Assembly: GCA_049852185.1 (NCBI GenBank)
Contig: CP187540.1
DNA length: 64,000 bases
Strand: one strand, 5' to 3'
Origin: Methanocaldococcus sp. 28A
Lineage (GTDB): Archaea > AGJL01 > Methanococci > Methanococcales > Methanocaldococcaceae
Under the pieces are notes generated by a model. That model searched no databases and was not told the DNA's origin. It saw nothing but the letters and a program-made list of their open reading frames with translations. Shown here piece by piece: positions 30,326-40,748 of the stretch. Within the stretch, counting starts at the first letter, position 1, and every line of letters starts with the position of its first letter. The position numbers and the translations under genes were made by a program.

Positions 30326-31984
30326 GTGGAAGAGAAGATTATGACAATTGCATTAAGAAATGCCATAAAATATAATGGAAAAGCTAATCCAAAAGCAGTT
30401 TTAGGGATATTTTTGTCAGAAAATCCAGAATATAGAAGTAAAGCTAAGGAAGTAATGCCAATTATAGAAAAAATTGTTGAAGATGTTAATAAACTATCGT
30501 TAGAAGAAATGAAGAAAAAGTTGGAAGAATTGAATATAGATGAGAAAAAGAAAGAAAAGAAAGAGAAAGGTTTAGAACTACCAAACGTAAAAGATAAGGT
30601 AGTTATGAGATTCGCTCCTAATCCATCAGGGCCTTTACATATAGGACATGCAAGAGCTGCGGTATTAAATGATTACTTTGTTAAAAAATATAATGGAAGA
30701 TTAATTTTAAGATTAGAAGATACTGACCCAAAGAGAGTTTTACCAGAAGCTTATGATATGATTAAAGAAGATTTAGATTGGTTGGGAGTTAAAGTTGATG
30801 AAGTTGTTATTCAATCAGATAGAATAGAGCTTTATTATGAATATGGTAGAAAATTGATTGAAATGGGGCATGCTTATGTTTGTGACTGTAATCCAGAAGA
30901 GTTTAGAGAGCTAAGAAACAAAGGAATGCCATGTAAATGTAGAGATAGAGCTGTTGAAGATAACTTAGAACTTTGGGAAAAAATGTTAAATGGAGAACTT
31001 GAAAATGTTGTTGTTAGATTAAAAACAGATATAAAGCACAAAAACCCATCTATAAGAGATTTTCCAATATTTAGGATAGAAAAAACTCCACACCCAAGAA
31101 CTGGAGATAAATATAGTGTCTATCCATTAATGAACTTCTCAGTGCCTGTTGATGATTATTTATTGGGAATGACCCATGTTTTAAGAGGAAAAGACCACAT
31201 TGTAAATACTGAAAAACAAGCCTATATTTACAAATACTTTGGCTGGGAAATGCCAGAATTTATACACTATGGAATTTTAAAGATAGAAGATATTGTTTTA
31301 AGCACATCATCCATGTATAAAGGAATTAAAGAAGGGCTTTATAGTGGATGGGATGATGTTAGATTAGGTACATTAAGAGCATTAAGAAGAAGGGGGATTA
31401 AAGCTGAAGCAATATATGAAATAATGAAAAGAATTGGAATTAAGCAGGCAGATGTTAAATTTTCATGGGAAAACTTGTATGCAATAAATAAAGAATTTAT
31501 AGATAAAGATGCAAGGAGATTCTTCTTCGTCTGGAATCCAAAGAAGCTTATTATTGAAAATGTTGAAAAGAGAGTTTTAAAACTTAGAATGCATCCTGAT
31601 AGACCAGAGTTTGGTGAAAGAGAATTAATATTTGATGGAGAGGTTTATGTTGTTGGAGATGAGTTGGAAGAGAATAAAATGTATAGATTAATGGAACTCT
31701 TCAATATATTTGTTGAAAAAGTTAATGATATTGCATTGGCAAAATATCACTCAGATGACTTTAAAATAGCAAGAAAAAATAAAGCTAAAATTATACACTG
31801 GATTCCTGTAAAAGATAGTGTAAAGGTTAAAGTTTTAATGCCTAATGGTGAAATAAAAGAGGGTTTTGCTGAGAAAGACTTTAACATGGTTGAAGTTGAT
31901 GATATTATCCAATTTGAGAGATTTGGATTTGCAAGAGTGGATAAAAAAGATAGTGAAGTTGTTTGTTGCTATGCACATAGATAA
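30326..31984 (+). CDS. gltX: Glutamate--tRNA ligase
   Basis: [23 protein letters not shown] and QFERFGF. Confidence 0.97.
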   Translation: MEEKIMTIALRNAIKYNGKANPKAVLGIFLSENPEYRSKAKEVMPIIEKIVEDVNKLSLEEMKKKLEELNIDEKKKEKKEKGLELPNVKDKVVMRFAPNPSGPLHIGHARAAVLNDYFVKKYNGRLILRLEDTDPKRVLPEAYDMIKEDLDWLGVKVDEVVIQSDRIELYYEYGRKLIEMGHAYVCDCNPEEFRELRNKGMPCKCRDRAVEDNLELWEKMLNGELENVVVRLKTDIKHKNPSIRDFPIFRIEKTPHPRTGDKYSVYPLMNFSVPVDDYLLGMTHVLRGKDHIVNTEKQAYIYKYFGWEMPEFIHYGILKIEDIVLSTSSMYKGIKEGLYSGWDDVRLGTLRALRRRGIKAEAIYEIMKRIGIKQADVKFSWENLYAINKEFIDKDARRFFFVWNPKKLIIENVEKRVLKLRMHPDRPEFGERELIFDGEVYVVGDELEENKMYRLMELFNIFVEKVNDIALAKYHSDDFKIARKNKAKIIHWIPVKDSVKVKVLMPNGEIKEGFAEKDFNMVEVDDIIQFERFGFARVDKKDSEVVCCYAHR

Positions 31985-32006
31985 ATAATAATCTTTTATT
32001 TTATTT

Positions 32007-33074
32007 TTATTTTATAATTTCTTTAATGGCAAACCATTCAATTATAGAAGTAGGCTTAATAATGCCATTAATAACATCATAAAATAAAATTTCATTTTCA
32101 ACTAAGAATTTAAACTCTTTTATATATTCTTTTTTAATAATTTCATAATCTTTAACCATAATGTTATTTTTAAACATACTTAAAATTTTATTTATTTTAT
32201 TTTCATCTGTTTCATCAGGAATGTTTGCTATTAAATACATTAAACTATCCGATTCAATATTTATCCATTGTTTTATAGTTTCCTCAACAGTTAATCCTAA
32301 TTTTTTATTGTTTATTAATTGAGAGATTTCATAAGGAAGAGATAAATAATTAATTGCATAGTTTATTTCCTCTTCATTAAAGTTTTCTTCTTTTAAAATA
32401 TTTTTTATAGTTTCTTTATTTAACCAATCTATTAAATAATATTCTGAGGCATTTTTTAATGTTGAATTTCTATAAATTTCTTCAATAAATAAAGTATCAG
32501 AGGTTAAGCAGATAACATGACATAAATGCCTTACCTTTGTTAAATGAACAAATAAATTAAATAGCTCATTTAATAAGGATTTACCTCCATCTCCGAAGCG
32601 AAGCGAAGGAGACGCTGAAAATCTTTGATTTTCAGTGTTAAAATAAATATTTTTTAATTTTTGAAGTTCATCAATTACCAAAACAGGTTTTTTTCCATCT
32701 TTAATAACAGTTTCAATACTTTCATAGATTTTGTCGAAAACATCATTTAATGATAAATTATTAAAGTCAAAATTCTCCTCTATACCAAATCTAAAGATTT
32801 TTAAATTTATTTCAAATCTATTTAATAAGTATTTTTTATTTCCTTTTTCAAAAAATATTTTTAAAAACTCTTCTTTTGTAGGTGTTGCATATCTCCTTAA
32901 ATCATAATAAAAAAATATTATATCATCTCTTTTATTTAACTCCTCTATAACTTTAAGCATTACAGTAGTTTTTCCTGAAGATTTTGGTCCATAAACAAAT
33001 AATATAGAATTCGGCTCCAACAGACAATAATTTTTTAAATATTTTACTTCCTTCCCTCTATCGTAGAATTTCAT
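32007..33074 (-). CDS. Archaeal ATPase (COG1672), paralogue 3, with 16-aa in-frame insertion
   Basis: Same motifs as paralogues 1 and 2; extra TENQRFSASPSLRFGD after Walker B. Confidence 0.9.
   Translation of the reverse strand: MKFYDRGKEVKYLKNYCLLEPNSILFVYGPKSSGKTTVMLKVIEELNKRDDIIFFYYDLRRYATPTKEEFLKIFFEKGNKKYLLNRFEINLKIFRFGIEENFDFNNLSLNDVFDKIYESIETVIKDGKKPVLVIDELQKLKNIYFNTENQRFSASPSLRFGDGGKSLLNELFNLFVHLTKVRHLCHVICLTSDTLFIEEIYRNSTLKNASEYYLIDWLNKETIKNILKEENFNEEEINYAINYLSLPYEISQLINNKKLGLTVEETIKQWINIESDSLMYLIANIPDETDENKINKILSMFKNNIMVKDYEIIKKEYIKEFKFLVENEILFYDVINGIIKPTSIIEWFAIKEIIK
32589..32636. repeat. 48-bp palindromic element inserted in frame in ATPase paralogue 3
   Basis: Absent from paralogues 1 and 2; hairpin CTGAAAATC-TTT-GATTTTCAG and CTCC...GGAG enclosing CGAAG x3. 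Confidence 0.85.
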
Positions 33075-33113
33075 AATACTCACCTTATATAAACAAAAAG
33101 ATATTTAAAATTA

Positions 33114-33854
33114 TTAAGACTTAGAGTGTAATTTCCTCATCTCTTTAATTTTTTTTACTAATAACTCATTATTGCCTTCATCTTCAACTTTATTAATTCT
33201 TTTTATTCTATCTTCCTCTTCCCATTTTTTTCCAGTGTATCTCTTTGCTATAACATAAACTTCAGCACTTTCTTTTCTTGAAGCTTGAGGCTTTGTAATA
33301 TAAACCTTTTCAAAGTATTTTTTAACTAAATTTTTATAATCATCTACCATATCTCCATAAAATACCTTAGCTACAAAATTCCCTCTTTCTTTTAGTATCT
33401 CAGTAGCTATTTGTAAGGCAGTAGTTACCAAGTCAATTGAACGAGCGTGGTCTATATCCCAATAACCACTTATATTTGGAGAAGCATCACTTATAACAAC
33501 ATCTACTTTTTTTTCTTCATTTGGGATGAGTTCTCTAATTTTATTTAGGTTCTCTTCTAAGGTGAAATCTCCTTTTATTGCAACCACATTATCATATTCA
33601 AATGGCTTAACCGCTTGTAAGTCAATACCAATAACAAATCCCTTATCTCCTACTATTTCTCTCGCTACCTGCATCCATCCGCCTGGAGCACAACCTAAAT
33701 CCAAAACTATTTTTCCTGGTTTTATTACATTAAATTTTTCATTTAATTGCATTAATTTAAAAGAAGCTCTTGAACGATATTTAAGTTTTTTAGCTAATTT
33801 ATAGTAAAAATCTCTTTTTCTTTGTAAAACCCACCTTTTATCTTTTCTTCCCAT
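33114..33854 (-). CDS. rlmE: 23S rRNA Um2552 2'-O-methyltransferase
   Basis: [24 protein letters not shown] and [11 protein letters not shown]. Confidence 0.95.
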   Translation of the reverse strand: MGRKDKRWVLQRKRDFYYKLAKKLKYRSRASFKLMQLNEKFNVIKPGKIVLDLGCAPGGWMQVAREIVGDKGFVIGIDLQAVKPFEYDNVVAIKGDFTLEENLNKIRELIPNEEKKVDVVISDASPNISGYWDIDHARSIDLVTTALQIATEILKERGNFVAKVFYGDMVDDYKNLVKKYFEKVYITKPQASRKESAEVYVIAKRYTGKKWEEEDRIKRINKVEDEGNNELLVKKIKEMRKLHSKS

Positions 33855-33915
33855 AAGTTTCACCACAAATTTTAAAAATATTAAAAACAATTTTATGTAG
33901 TTAAAATAGGATAAG

Positions 33916-35181
33916 ATGATTTTTATGAGTTTAGGTAAAGATAGTATTTACATATTAATCTCAAATATTTATTCAAAAGGTATGGCATATCTATTTTATT
34001 TTATAACTGCATTTTTGTTAGGAACAGAGGCATTTGGGATTTTAAAAGGTTTAATGCCAATAGTTGATACTCTAACAATTTTATTCTCTTCTGGCATTCC
34101 TCCTGCTATAGCAAAATTTTTATCTGAGGAGAAAGAGGTAAATATTAATAAATACATTCAAATATTATATTTAATGATTTTGTTTTCAATTTTTGGATTT
34201 GTTTTAACTCCCTATGTAAAATATATATTGGGAGGGTATTATTTATCTTTGGACAACTCATTATACTTAGCAGTTGGTTTTTGTATAGTAGCTTCAACAT
34301 TAATAGCCTTTTCAAGAGGAATACTACAAGGATTGTTAAAGATTAAATATCTCTCATTTACATGGATTGTTGAATATACAGTAAAGGTTATTTTAGTTTT
34401 TATTTTAACCCTATATTTAGGAATTTTTGGTTCTTTATTATCAATATCACTATCCTATTTAATAGCAGGGATTTTTGGAATGTATTTAATTTATAAAGCA
34501 TTAAAAGGAAAATTAGACTTTAAAAAATTAGTAAATATAAAAAATATAACAAAAAATATCTTTTCAGATTTCAATTTAAAGGTTTTAAAATACTCAATTC
34601 CTATTGCTTTAACATCATCATCTTATAGATTGTTTGGAGATATTGATAATGTTGTGATAATGTCTATTATGGGAGGATTTTGGAGTGGAATTTATGGATA
34701 CTCTTCTTTAATATCAAGAGGAATATTTATGTTTGCTTCAGCTGTTAGCATCCCTCTCCTTCCAAGAATATCTAAGACAAAGGATTTAAGTTTATTAAAA
34801 GAAGGAATTATCCAAAATACTATATTTTCATCAATTTTTGTTATTGGTTGTTTATTTTTTCCAGAAATTCCATTAATAGCATTTTTTAAAATAGCTAATC
34901 CAGAAGGAATTTTATGCCTAAGAATTTTAGCAATCTCTTCTTTATTTATGAGTTATTATACTCTCATTTCTTCTGCACTTCAAGGTTTGGGATATGCAAA
35001 AATCTCATTTTATATAATTTTATTTGGAATACTTTTAAATGTTGTTTTAAATTTAATTTTGGTAAATGCCTATGGAATTGTCGGAGGTAGTTTAGCTACA
35101 CTAATAACATCAATAGCGGTTTTTTTACTTGGAGTTTTTGCTATTTTAAGAATAAAAAAGCATAATTATTTAATTAACTGA
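33916..35181 (+). CDS. Polysaccharide flippase (Wzx/MOP superfamily)
   Basis: About 12 TM helices; [27 protein letters not shown]. Confidence 0.8.
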   Translation: MIFMSLGKDSIYILISNIYSKGMAYLFYFITAFLLGTEAFGILKGLMPIVDTLTILFSSGIPPAIAKFLSEEKEVNINKYIQILYLMILFSIFGFVLTPYVKYILGGYYLSLDNSLYLAVGFCIVASTLIAFSRGILQGLLKIKYLSFTWIVEYTVKVILVFILTLYLGIFGSLLSISLSYLIAGIFGMYLIYKALKGKLDFKKLVNIKNITKNIFSDFNLKVLKYSIPIALTSSSYRLFGDIDNVVIMSIMGGFWSGIYGYSSLISRGIFMFASAVSIPLLPRISKTKDLSLLKEGIIQNTIFSSIFVIGCLFFPEIPLIAFFKIANPEGILCLRILAISSLFMSYYTLISSALQGLGYAKISFYIILFGILLNVVLNLILVNAYGIVGGSLATLITSIAVFLLGVFAILRIKKHNYLIN

Positions 35182-35966
35182 TACTTATAGTTCCCATTTA
35201 AAAGCTCAACTTTCAATCCTAATTTTGCTGGAATAACTTCTATTCCAGTATTTTGGGAAATATATTCTGCCTCTATTTGAGGATTTGTCATCTTAACTCC
35301 CATGTGGTTCATTATCAATAACTCTGGCTTTTTACTCATTGAGTTTATTAAATCTATAGCATCATTTGAACATAAATGTCCTCTAATCCTTTCATTTTTC
35401 TTTCTAACAATATTTGCTATTAAAATTCTGACTCCATCAAAGTCTTCAATCAATTGAGGTATTAGCTCAGTGTCTGATGTATAGCCAATATCTCCATAAA
35501 TTGTTTTCAACCTAAAACCAATACCAAATGGGTCTCCATGTTTTGTATGTGTTGCCTTTATTGTTGTATCATACAATTCTACTTCATCTCCAGGATATAA
35601 AACCTGAACTTTTTCAAGCTTAGATTGATGATATTTTGATATAACATATTCATACTCTCCAAAACCTTTAACTACTGAGAGATTTCCTAAAAAAACCCCT
35701 CTTTTTTTTGTCATCCCTTGAGTTATAGCTTCAACAATAATTTCTCCATCAGTGTAGTGGTCTGGATGGCAATGAGAGATAAATAAAGCGTTAGTTCTCC
35801 ATGGAGATATTTTTAGCTCGTTTAATCTTACTATTGCTCCCGGCCCCGGGTCTACATGCATTCTAAGTTCATTTGTATGGATTCTAAACCCTCCTGTTGC
35901 CTTTTTTTGTGTTATTGTTGCCCATCTTCCACCACCACATCCTAAAAAAATAACTTCCACCCTCAA
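35166..35966 (-). CDS. Metallo-beta-lactamase-fold hydrolase
   Basis: FLGCGGG, VDPGPG, SHCHPDH and YTSDT. Confidence 0.9.
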   Translation of the reverse strand: MRVEVIFLGCGGGRWATITQKKATGGFRIHTNELRMHVDPGPGAIVRLNELKISPWRTNALFISHCHPDHYTDGEIIVEAITQGMTKKRGVFLGNLSVVKGFGEYEYVISKYHQSKLEKVQVLYPGDEVELYDTTIKATHTKHGDPFGIGFRLKTIYGDIGYTSDTELIPQLIEDFDGVRILIANIVRKKNERIRGHLCSNDAIDLINSMSKKPELLIMNHMGVKMTNPQIEAEYISQNTGIEVIPAKLGLKVELLNGNYKYQLIK

Positions 35967-36021
35967 AATACCACATCTCCACTTTTGTGTTTTAAACTGT
36001 AAAATTATTATATTTAGCCTA

Positions 36022-36534
36022 TTAATCTTTTATCTCTTTACATTCTACTTCATATGTTCCATTTACTGATATTTTTATATAAGGGTAGGTTATAACCATT
36101 GCTGCAAATTCCTTTGGTGGAACAACTTTATAATAAACTACAATTCTGTTATTAGTTTCTGTTATATTTATTATCTTTATTTTATATCCTGCAGTAGGCA
36201 TCTCTCCTAAGTTTATCACTATTATAGTTTTGTTGTCTTCATAATAGTAATAATATCCACTACTTTTTTCTCCAAAAGCTCCATAAGCAATTATTTCATA
36301 ATTTAATGTTTTTGGAAGATTGGTTTTATTATCTATATTATCTATTGTATTGTTGGTAGTGTTTTGAATACTTTGATTTTTAGAGATATTTGAATTACTA
36401 TATATGTTATTTTTTATATTATAATATTTTATTTTATTTTTTTCAGAGATATTTTTTTCAAAAGAGATACAGCCACACAAAGTTACAGAACAAAGAATAA
36501 CAGTAAATAATAATATAATTATGTCCTTTTTCAT
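36022..36534 (-). CDS. Lipoprotein with PrcB C-terminal domain
   Basis: Lipobox-like LCGC, Asn-rich linker, LGEMPTAGYKIKI and VITYPY. Confidence 0.75.
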   Translation of the reverse strand: MKKDIIILLFTVILCSVTLCGCISFEKNISEKNKIKYYNIKNNIYSNSNISKNQSIQNTTNNTIDNIDNKTNLPKTLNYEIIAYGAFGEKSSGYYYYYEDNKTIIVINLGEMPTAGYKIKIINITETNNRIVVYYKVVPPKEFAAMVITYPYIKISVNGTYEVECKEIKD

Positions 36535-37376
36535 TTTCCAAACCTCCTATGTCTCCTTTGATATTCTCTAATAGCTCTTAAAAAATCCACTCTCCTAAAT
36601 AACGGCCAATATATGTCACAAAAATACAACTCTGAATAAGAACTCTGCCAAATTAAAAAATTACTAATCCTTTCCTCCCCAGAAGTTCTAATAATCAAAT
36701 CAGGATTTGGAAATGGTAAATCAGCAGTGTATAAATGCTTATCTATCAGCTCTTTATCAATATCTTCTGGCTCTATCTCTCCCCTCTTAACCTTCTCAGC
36801 TATCTTTTTTACAGCATCTATTATTTCTTGTTGTCCTCCATAAGCTATTGCAATATTTACAAAAAATTTATTGTAATTTTTTGTTTTATCTTCAGCATAT
36901 TTTATTGCCTTTTGAACATTTTTTGGTAATAAATTAATCCTTCCAATAGCCTTAATCTTAACTTCATATTTATGAACTTCTTCATCTTCTGCAATTTCAT
37001 AAAACTTTTTTTCAAAAAGTTCCATAAGTTTATCAACTTCTTCTTTTGGGCGGTTAAAATTTTCTGTTGAAAATGCATATAAGGTAACAACCTTTATCCC
37101 CAAATCCCTTGCCCATCTTAAAACTTCTCTTACTTTTTCAGCCCCCAAGTAATGCCCGTAATATCTATCCTTTCCATAAATCTCTGCCGCTCTTCTATTT
37201 CCATCCATAATTATAGCCACATGTTTTGGTAGCTTGTTTTTATCAATTGATTCTTCTAAAATCTTTTCGTAAATTTTTAAAACTCCAGAATTTTCTAAAA
37301 ATCTATAAAAATCAATGGCAAATCTTTTTCCAATACTCTTTAATTTGTTTTTTATATTATTATCCAAAACACCCAC
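36531..37376 (-). CDS. uppS: cis-prenyltransferase (undecaprenyl-diphosphate synthase)
   Basis: HVAIIMDGNRR, YAFSTENFNR and IRTSGEERISNFL. Confidence 0.95.
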   Translation of the reverse strand: MGVLDNNIKNKLKSIGKRFAIDFYRFLENSGVLKIYEKILEESIDKNKLPKHVAIIMDGNRRAAEIYGKDRYYGHYLGAEKVREVLRWARDLGIKVVTLYAFSTENFNRPKEEVDKLMELFEKKFYEIAEDEEVHKYEVKIKAIGRINLLPKNVQKAIKYAEDKTKNYNKFFVNIAIAYGGQQEIIDAVKKIAEKVKRGEIEPEDIDKELIDKHLYTADLPFPNPDLIIRTSGEERISNFLIWQSSYSELYFCDIYWPLFRRVDFLRAIREYQRRHRRFGK

Positions 37377-38097
37377 CTGTTAAAAATTTAACAGCATTAT
37401 AATACCTCTTCCAATCAGCATTTCTACTTGTATCAATAAAATTAACATTTTTATCTGACAAAATAACAGCTCCATAACCCTCAATTTTACAAATTAATCC
37501 TAAACATCTAAAAATTATATTTCCAGTAATTCCATCAATGGCAATAATAATATTATATCCCTCTTTTAAATATTCTTCTATTAATATACCATTATGTATT
37601 ATATCAAGCTCTCCTCTAAAGTAATTCACAATTTTTTCAGCTTCATATATTGTTTCATCCACTACTTTATTTCTTCCTAAATCACTCAACCTTCCTCCAG
37701 AGAGCACAGCAACTTTTGGTTCAATATTATGGTTCTTTAAAAACTTAGAGGCATATTTTATAATTTTAATTTTATCCTCTAACCTTTCATTTTTATCCTC
37801 GGATATGTCATCAATCCCTACAGGGGACAGTAAAAAAATTTCATTAGTAAATGGATTTTTTAAAATAGATGCTCTATAAAATTTTCCTATTTTTTTTCTT
37901 AAATATGGAATAACTTTTGATGAAGATAGAGAGCCCCTAATAGCTCCTTTTAATTCTTTTGATAATAGTTTATCTATTAACAGTTTATGATTATTAATTA
38001 ACTCTACTTCAATTCCTTCTTCTTTTAATTTTTCATAAGCTTTTAAAATTTCTTTTCTATTTTCTTCTCCTAAACCTATCGCATACATAGTTATCAC
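37360..38097 (-). CDS. mtxX: Methanogenesis marker 4 / MtxX
   Basis: AIRGSLSS, PVGIDD, LSGGRLSDLGR and DGITGNIIFR. Confidence 0.85.
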   Translation of the reverse strand: MITMYAIGLGEENRKEILKAYEKLKEEGIEVELINNHKLLIDKLLSKELKGAIRGSLSSSKVIPYLRKKIGKFYRASILKNPFTNEIFLLSPVGIDDISEDKNERLEDKIKIIKYASKFLKNHNIEPKVAVLSGGRLSDLGRNKVVDETIYEAEKIVNYFRGELDIIHNGILIEEYLKEGYNIIIAIDGITGNIIFRCLGLICKIEGYGAVILSDKNVNFIDTSRNADWKRYYNAVKFLTGGCFG

Positions 38098-39081
38098 TTA
38101 AAACTCGACCTCTATCCCTAAAATATTTCTTTTACCTTTTAAAATATCTTCAGCTATCAAAGCTCCTCCAATAGCTCCACTCTCTCCATATAATGCAAAT
38201 ACTTTTGCCTCAACAAACTCTTTAATTCTCTTTGGAATATCTATTGGATTTCTCAAAGTTCCTATAGAGCCAGCTAAAATAACTCTTCTTTTATTTTTAT
38301 CTAATAGGGGCAATAAGCTATTAATCTCCATAGAGACACTTAAAATTAAACTATCAACAGCTAACTTACAATTTTCATCATTAAAATAGTTATTAATTAT
38401 CTCTTCTTTTGTGTTTTCAACACCTTTGTAAAGCTTAGCTATTTTAACTGCCCCTGCTTTAGAAAATGCTTCATTAGCAGTAATTTTTTTAGCATCTATT
38501 TCTCTAATCATCTCTAAATCTATTGGTCCGTGTAAGATACCAATAGCTCCAATGCAAGCGTCAAATCCTCCAAAGATTTTAGCATCTTTTATTAGTAAAG
38601 TTACAGTGTTTGAGGAAATATCGGATAAAACAAAATCATTAAATCCAAATAACTTGTAAGCATAATAAGCAATCGAAACTTTTTCTGGTGAGGCTATATG
38701 AGAATATAAAGCTCTAAACCTCTCATCTAAGCATTTAACATTTCTATGCAGCCCAGGGATAACAACTGCTGGTAAGCAATATTCTTTAATCTCATCATAA
38801 ACCTTTGTTCCTCCTCCAACCTTCTCTCCAGCCCCTTCGATACTCAAAACTCCTCTATTTTTAACTTTCTCTATGGGAAGGATTTTGCTTATTCCATCCC
38901 CCATAGAGTAAGTTAAAGCAATCAAATCAATATCTTCCAATGGAATGTGCTTCTTTAATTCTTCCAAATAAGATTTCTCTTTAAGCTCTGACCTTTTTAG
39001 TTTAAATATTATCTTTTTATCATTATTTTTTATGCATGTGGTTATTCCAGAAGTACCATGGTCTATCCCAACGGTTATCAT
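38098..39081 (-). CDS. Methanogenesis marker 12 protein (ASKHA fold)
   Basis: VGIDHGTSG, YSMGDG, GAGEKVGGGT and DISSNTVT; ATG 39081 preferred because the longer ORF runs into the IS. Confidence 0.85.
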   Translation of the reverse strand: MITVGIDHGTSGITTCIKNNDKKIIFKLKRSELKEKSYLEELKKHIPLEDIDLIALTYSMGDGISKILPIEKVKNRGVLSIEGAGEKVGGGTKVYDEIKEYCLPAVVIPGLHRNVKCLDERFRALYSHIASPEKVSIAYYAYKLFGFNDFVLSDISSNTVTLLIKDAKIFGGFDACIGAIGILHGPIDLEMIREIDAKKITANEAFSKAGAVKIAKLYKGVENTKEEIINNYFNDENCKLAVDSLILSVSMEINSLLPLLDKNKRRVILAGSIGTLRNPIDIPKRIKEFVEAKVFALYGESGAIGGALIAEDILKGKRNILGIEVEF

Positions 39082-39133
39082 AATAACCACCAAATTGTTG
39101 TTGATACTAAGTTTATCATTTTGTTTTTTATAA

Positions 39134-40268
39134 TAGGACTTTCGCATCCACATTTAAATACTTAGATTAACGATAAACCAATTTCTTCACACAAAGAGAT
39201 TATGGCATTACCAACAGCTATTCGATTTAGTTTTCTTCTAAGTTCGTACCAACTGATATTTTTATCGATTCTAATTTTCTCTAAGAGGTAGAAGGCTCTC
39301 ATAGAAAGGGAGATATGACCTAAAATTGGAAATTTTTTTCTAACGAAGAAATTGCCTGTATTACAGCACTGTTTAACACCCCTATGGAATTCCTCGATTC
39401 TCCAAGAGGCGTTTTTGACCTCTTGGAATTCTTCGAAACTCATAAATAGGTTATTAGTTATATAATATTTTGCCTTTCCGTTTTTGGAAAGGCAGAAGAG
39501 TCTGACATAGCCAACTTTTCGTAGATAAACGATTAATCCATTCTTAGGAATTTCCTTAATGTCTTCGATTGATACCCACTCTCTGTTTTTGGAGAGTTTT
39601 ACCTTTCTATTCCTTTTAATTCTGCAGAGGTAGAATAAACCTAAACTATCGATAAGTTTTAAGTTATCTTTACTTGAATACCAACTATCGAAACAGATAT
39701 ATCTAATATTTAATCCTTTATCCACTAAAGACTTTATTATCTCCCTACATAAATTATTTTTCGTCTTTCCATCTCTTGGTCTGTCATATACTCTAAAATC
39801 GATTGGAATAATATGTTTTCCATTTGTAATTATGCAATCAACGATATGTATGCCTTTAATTACTCGTTTATGTAGATTACTCCAACAATAATAAGCAAAT
39901 TCAGTCGATTTAGAGTAAATTTTATCTATAACAAAGTCATCTATAACGACAATATTATAATCAGGAGTGATAAAATCTTTAACGAAATTAAAAAGCTTTT
40001 CTTGTGGGAAGATTCCTTCTTCCCAAAGTATTCTATTTATTGTATCGTGAGATATGTCGATTCCGAAAATACGCAACGTTTTCGATAACTCTACACACGA
40101 ATTAATCTCTGAAAGTAATATAAAAAGCATATAAAAGATAGTCCTCGACATTTTTAGCATATTTTCCCCAAAATAAACTTTTTGTTTCGAAAAATTATAA
40201 TATCTAATAAAAATAGATTATCATGAAATGTTATAATAAAATATTTAAATATGCTTGCAAAAGTCCTA
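39134..40268 (-). mobile_element. IS701-family-like insertion sequence, apparently intact
   Basis: TIRs TAGGACTTTCGCA / TGCAAAAGTCCTA around one transposase ORF; symmetry extends into the TTATAA flanks; CG-richer codons than host genes. Confidence 0.85.
39162..40160 (-). CDS. DDE transposase (IS701-like)
   Basis: SHDTINR, VIDD.VIDK, FDSWYSS and WRIEEFHRGVKQ. Confidence 0.88.
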   Translation of the reverse strand: MLKMSRTIFYMLFILLSEINSCVELSKTLRIFGIDISHDTINRILWEEGIFPQEKLFNFVKDFITPDYNIVVIDDFVIDKIYSKSTEFAYYCWSNLHKRVIKGIHIVDCIITNGKHIIPIDFRVYDRPRDGKTKNNLCREIIKSLVDKGLNIRYICFDSWYSSKDNLKLIDSLGLFYLCRIKRNRKVKLSKNREWVSIEDIKEIPKNGLIVYLRKVGYVRLFCLSKNGKAKYYITNNLFMSFEEFQEVKNASWRIEEFHRGVKQCCNTGNFFVRKKFPILGHISLSMRAFYLLEKIRIDKNISWYELRRKLNRIAVGNAIISLCEEIGLSLI

Positions 40269-40280
40269 TTATAAAATACA

Positions 40281-40537
40281 TTTTTTACAATCTATTTGCT
40301 AATTTTATGGATATAGTCATTAAAATAATTTCTTCATAGCTAACTTTGATAATCACTTGCAAATTGTGATTTAACTCTCGCTATCTCCTTAGCAAACCAT
40401 CATAATTTAGACTACAAATTTTTCCATCATATTAGTGGCTGTTTTTCTCCGAACTTGAAATCGATACCTTGCTTTTCTTTGAGATTTAGCCATGTGATTT
40501 TTAATTTCTGTAAAACTGCTTGTGCTGATTGCGAAGA
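40281..40537 (-). pseudogene. tnpB: Heavily deleted IS200/IS605 tnpB remnant
   Basis: Collinear fragments SQSAQAVLQKL..TW, WFAKEIARVKSQ and RNYFNDYIHKISK*IVK, separated by stops and frameshifts. Confidence 0.6.
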
Positions 40538-40748
40538 GGTTTATAAAAAGATATAAAGATAAAAAATATAATAAATAATATATAAAAAAATATAATTAGG
40601 GTTTAAAACAGTTTCCTGGTTTTTGTAGCATATTGTGTAATATAAATAATTAAGAGGTAAATATTAATTTATTGGCTGATGAGAGGGCATTGCCTTCGAG
40701 GCTAACATACTATGATAAGCTATTGAAATGGAAAATGGTGATTAAACA

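Noticed and set aside
39082-39153. N-terminal extension of marker 12 in the ORF track
   Set aside because: The extension begins inside the IS terminal region; ATG 39081 has a GGTGG RBS
40674-40735. Active hammerhead ribozyme
   Set aside because: CTGATGA and a stem II are present but followed by GAGG, not GAAA; stems I and III not evident
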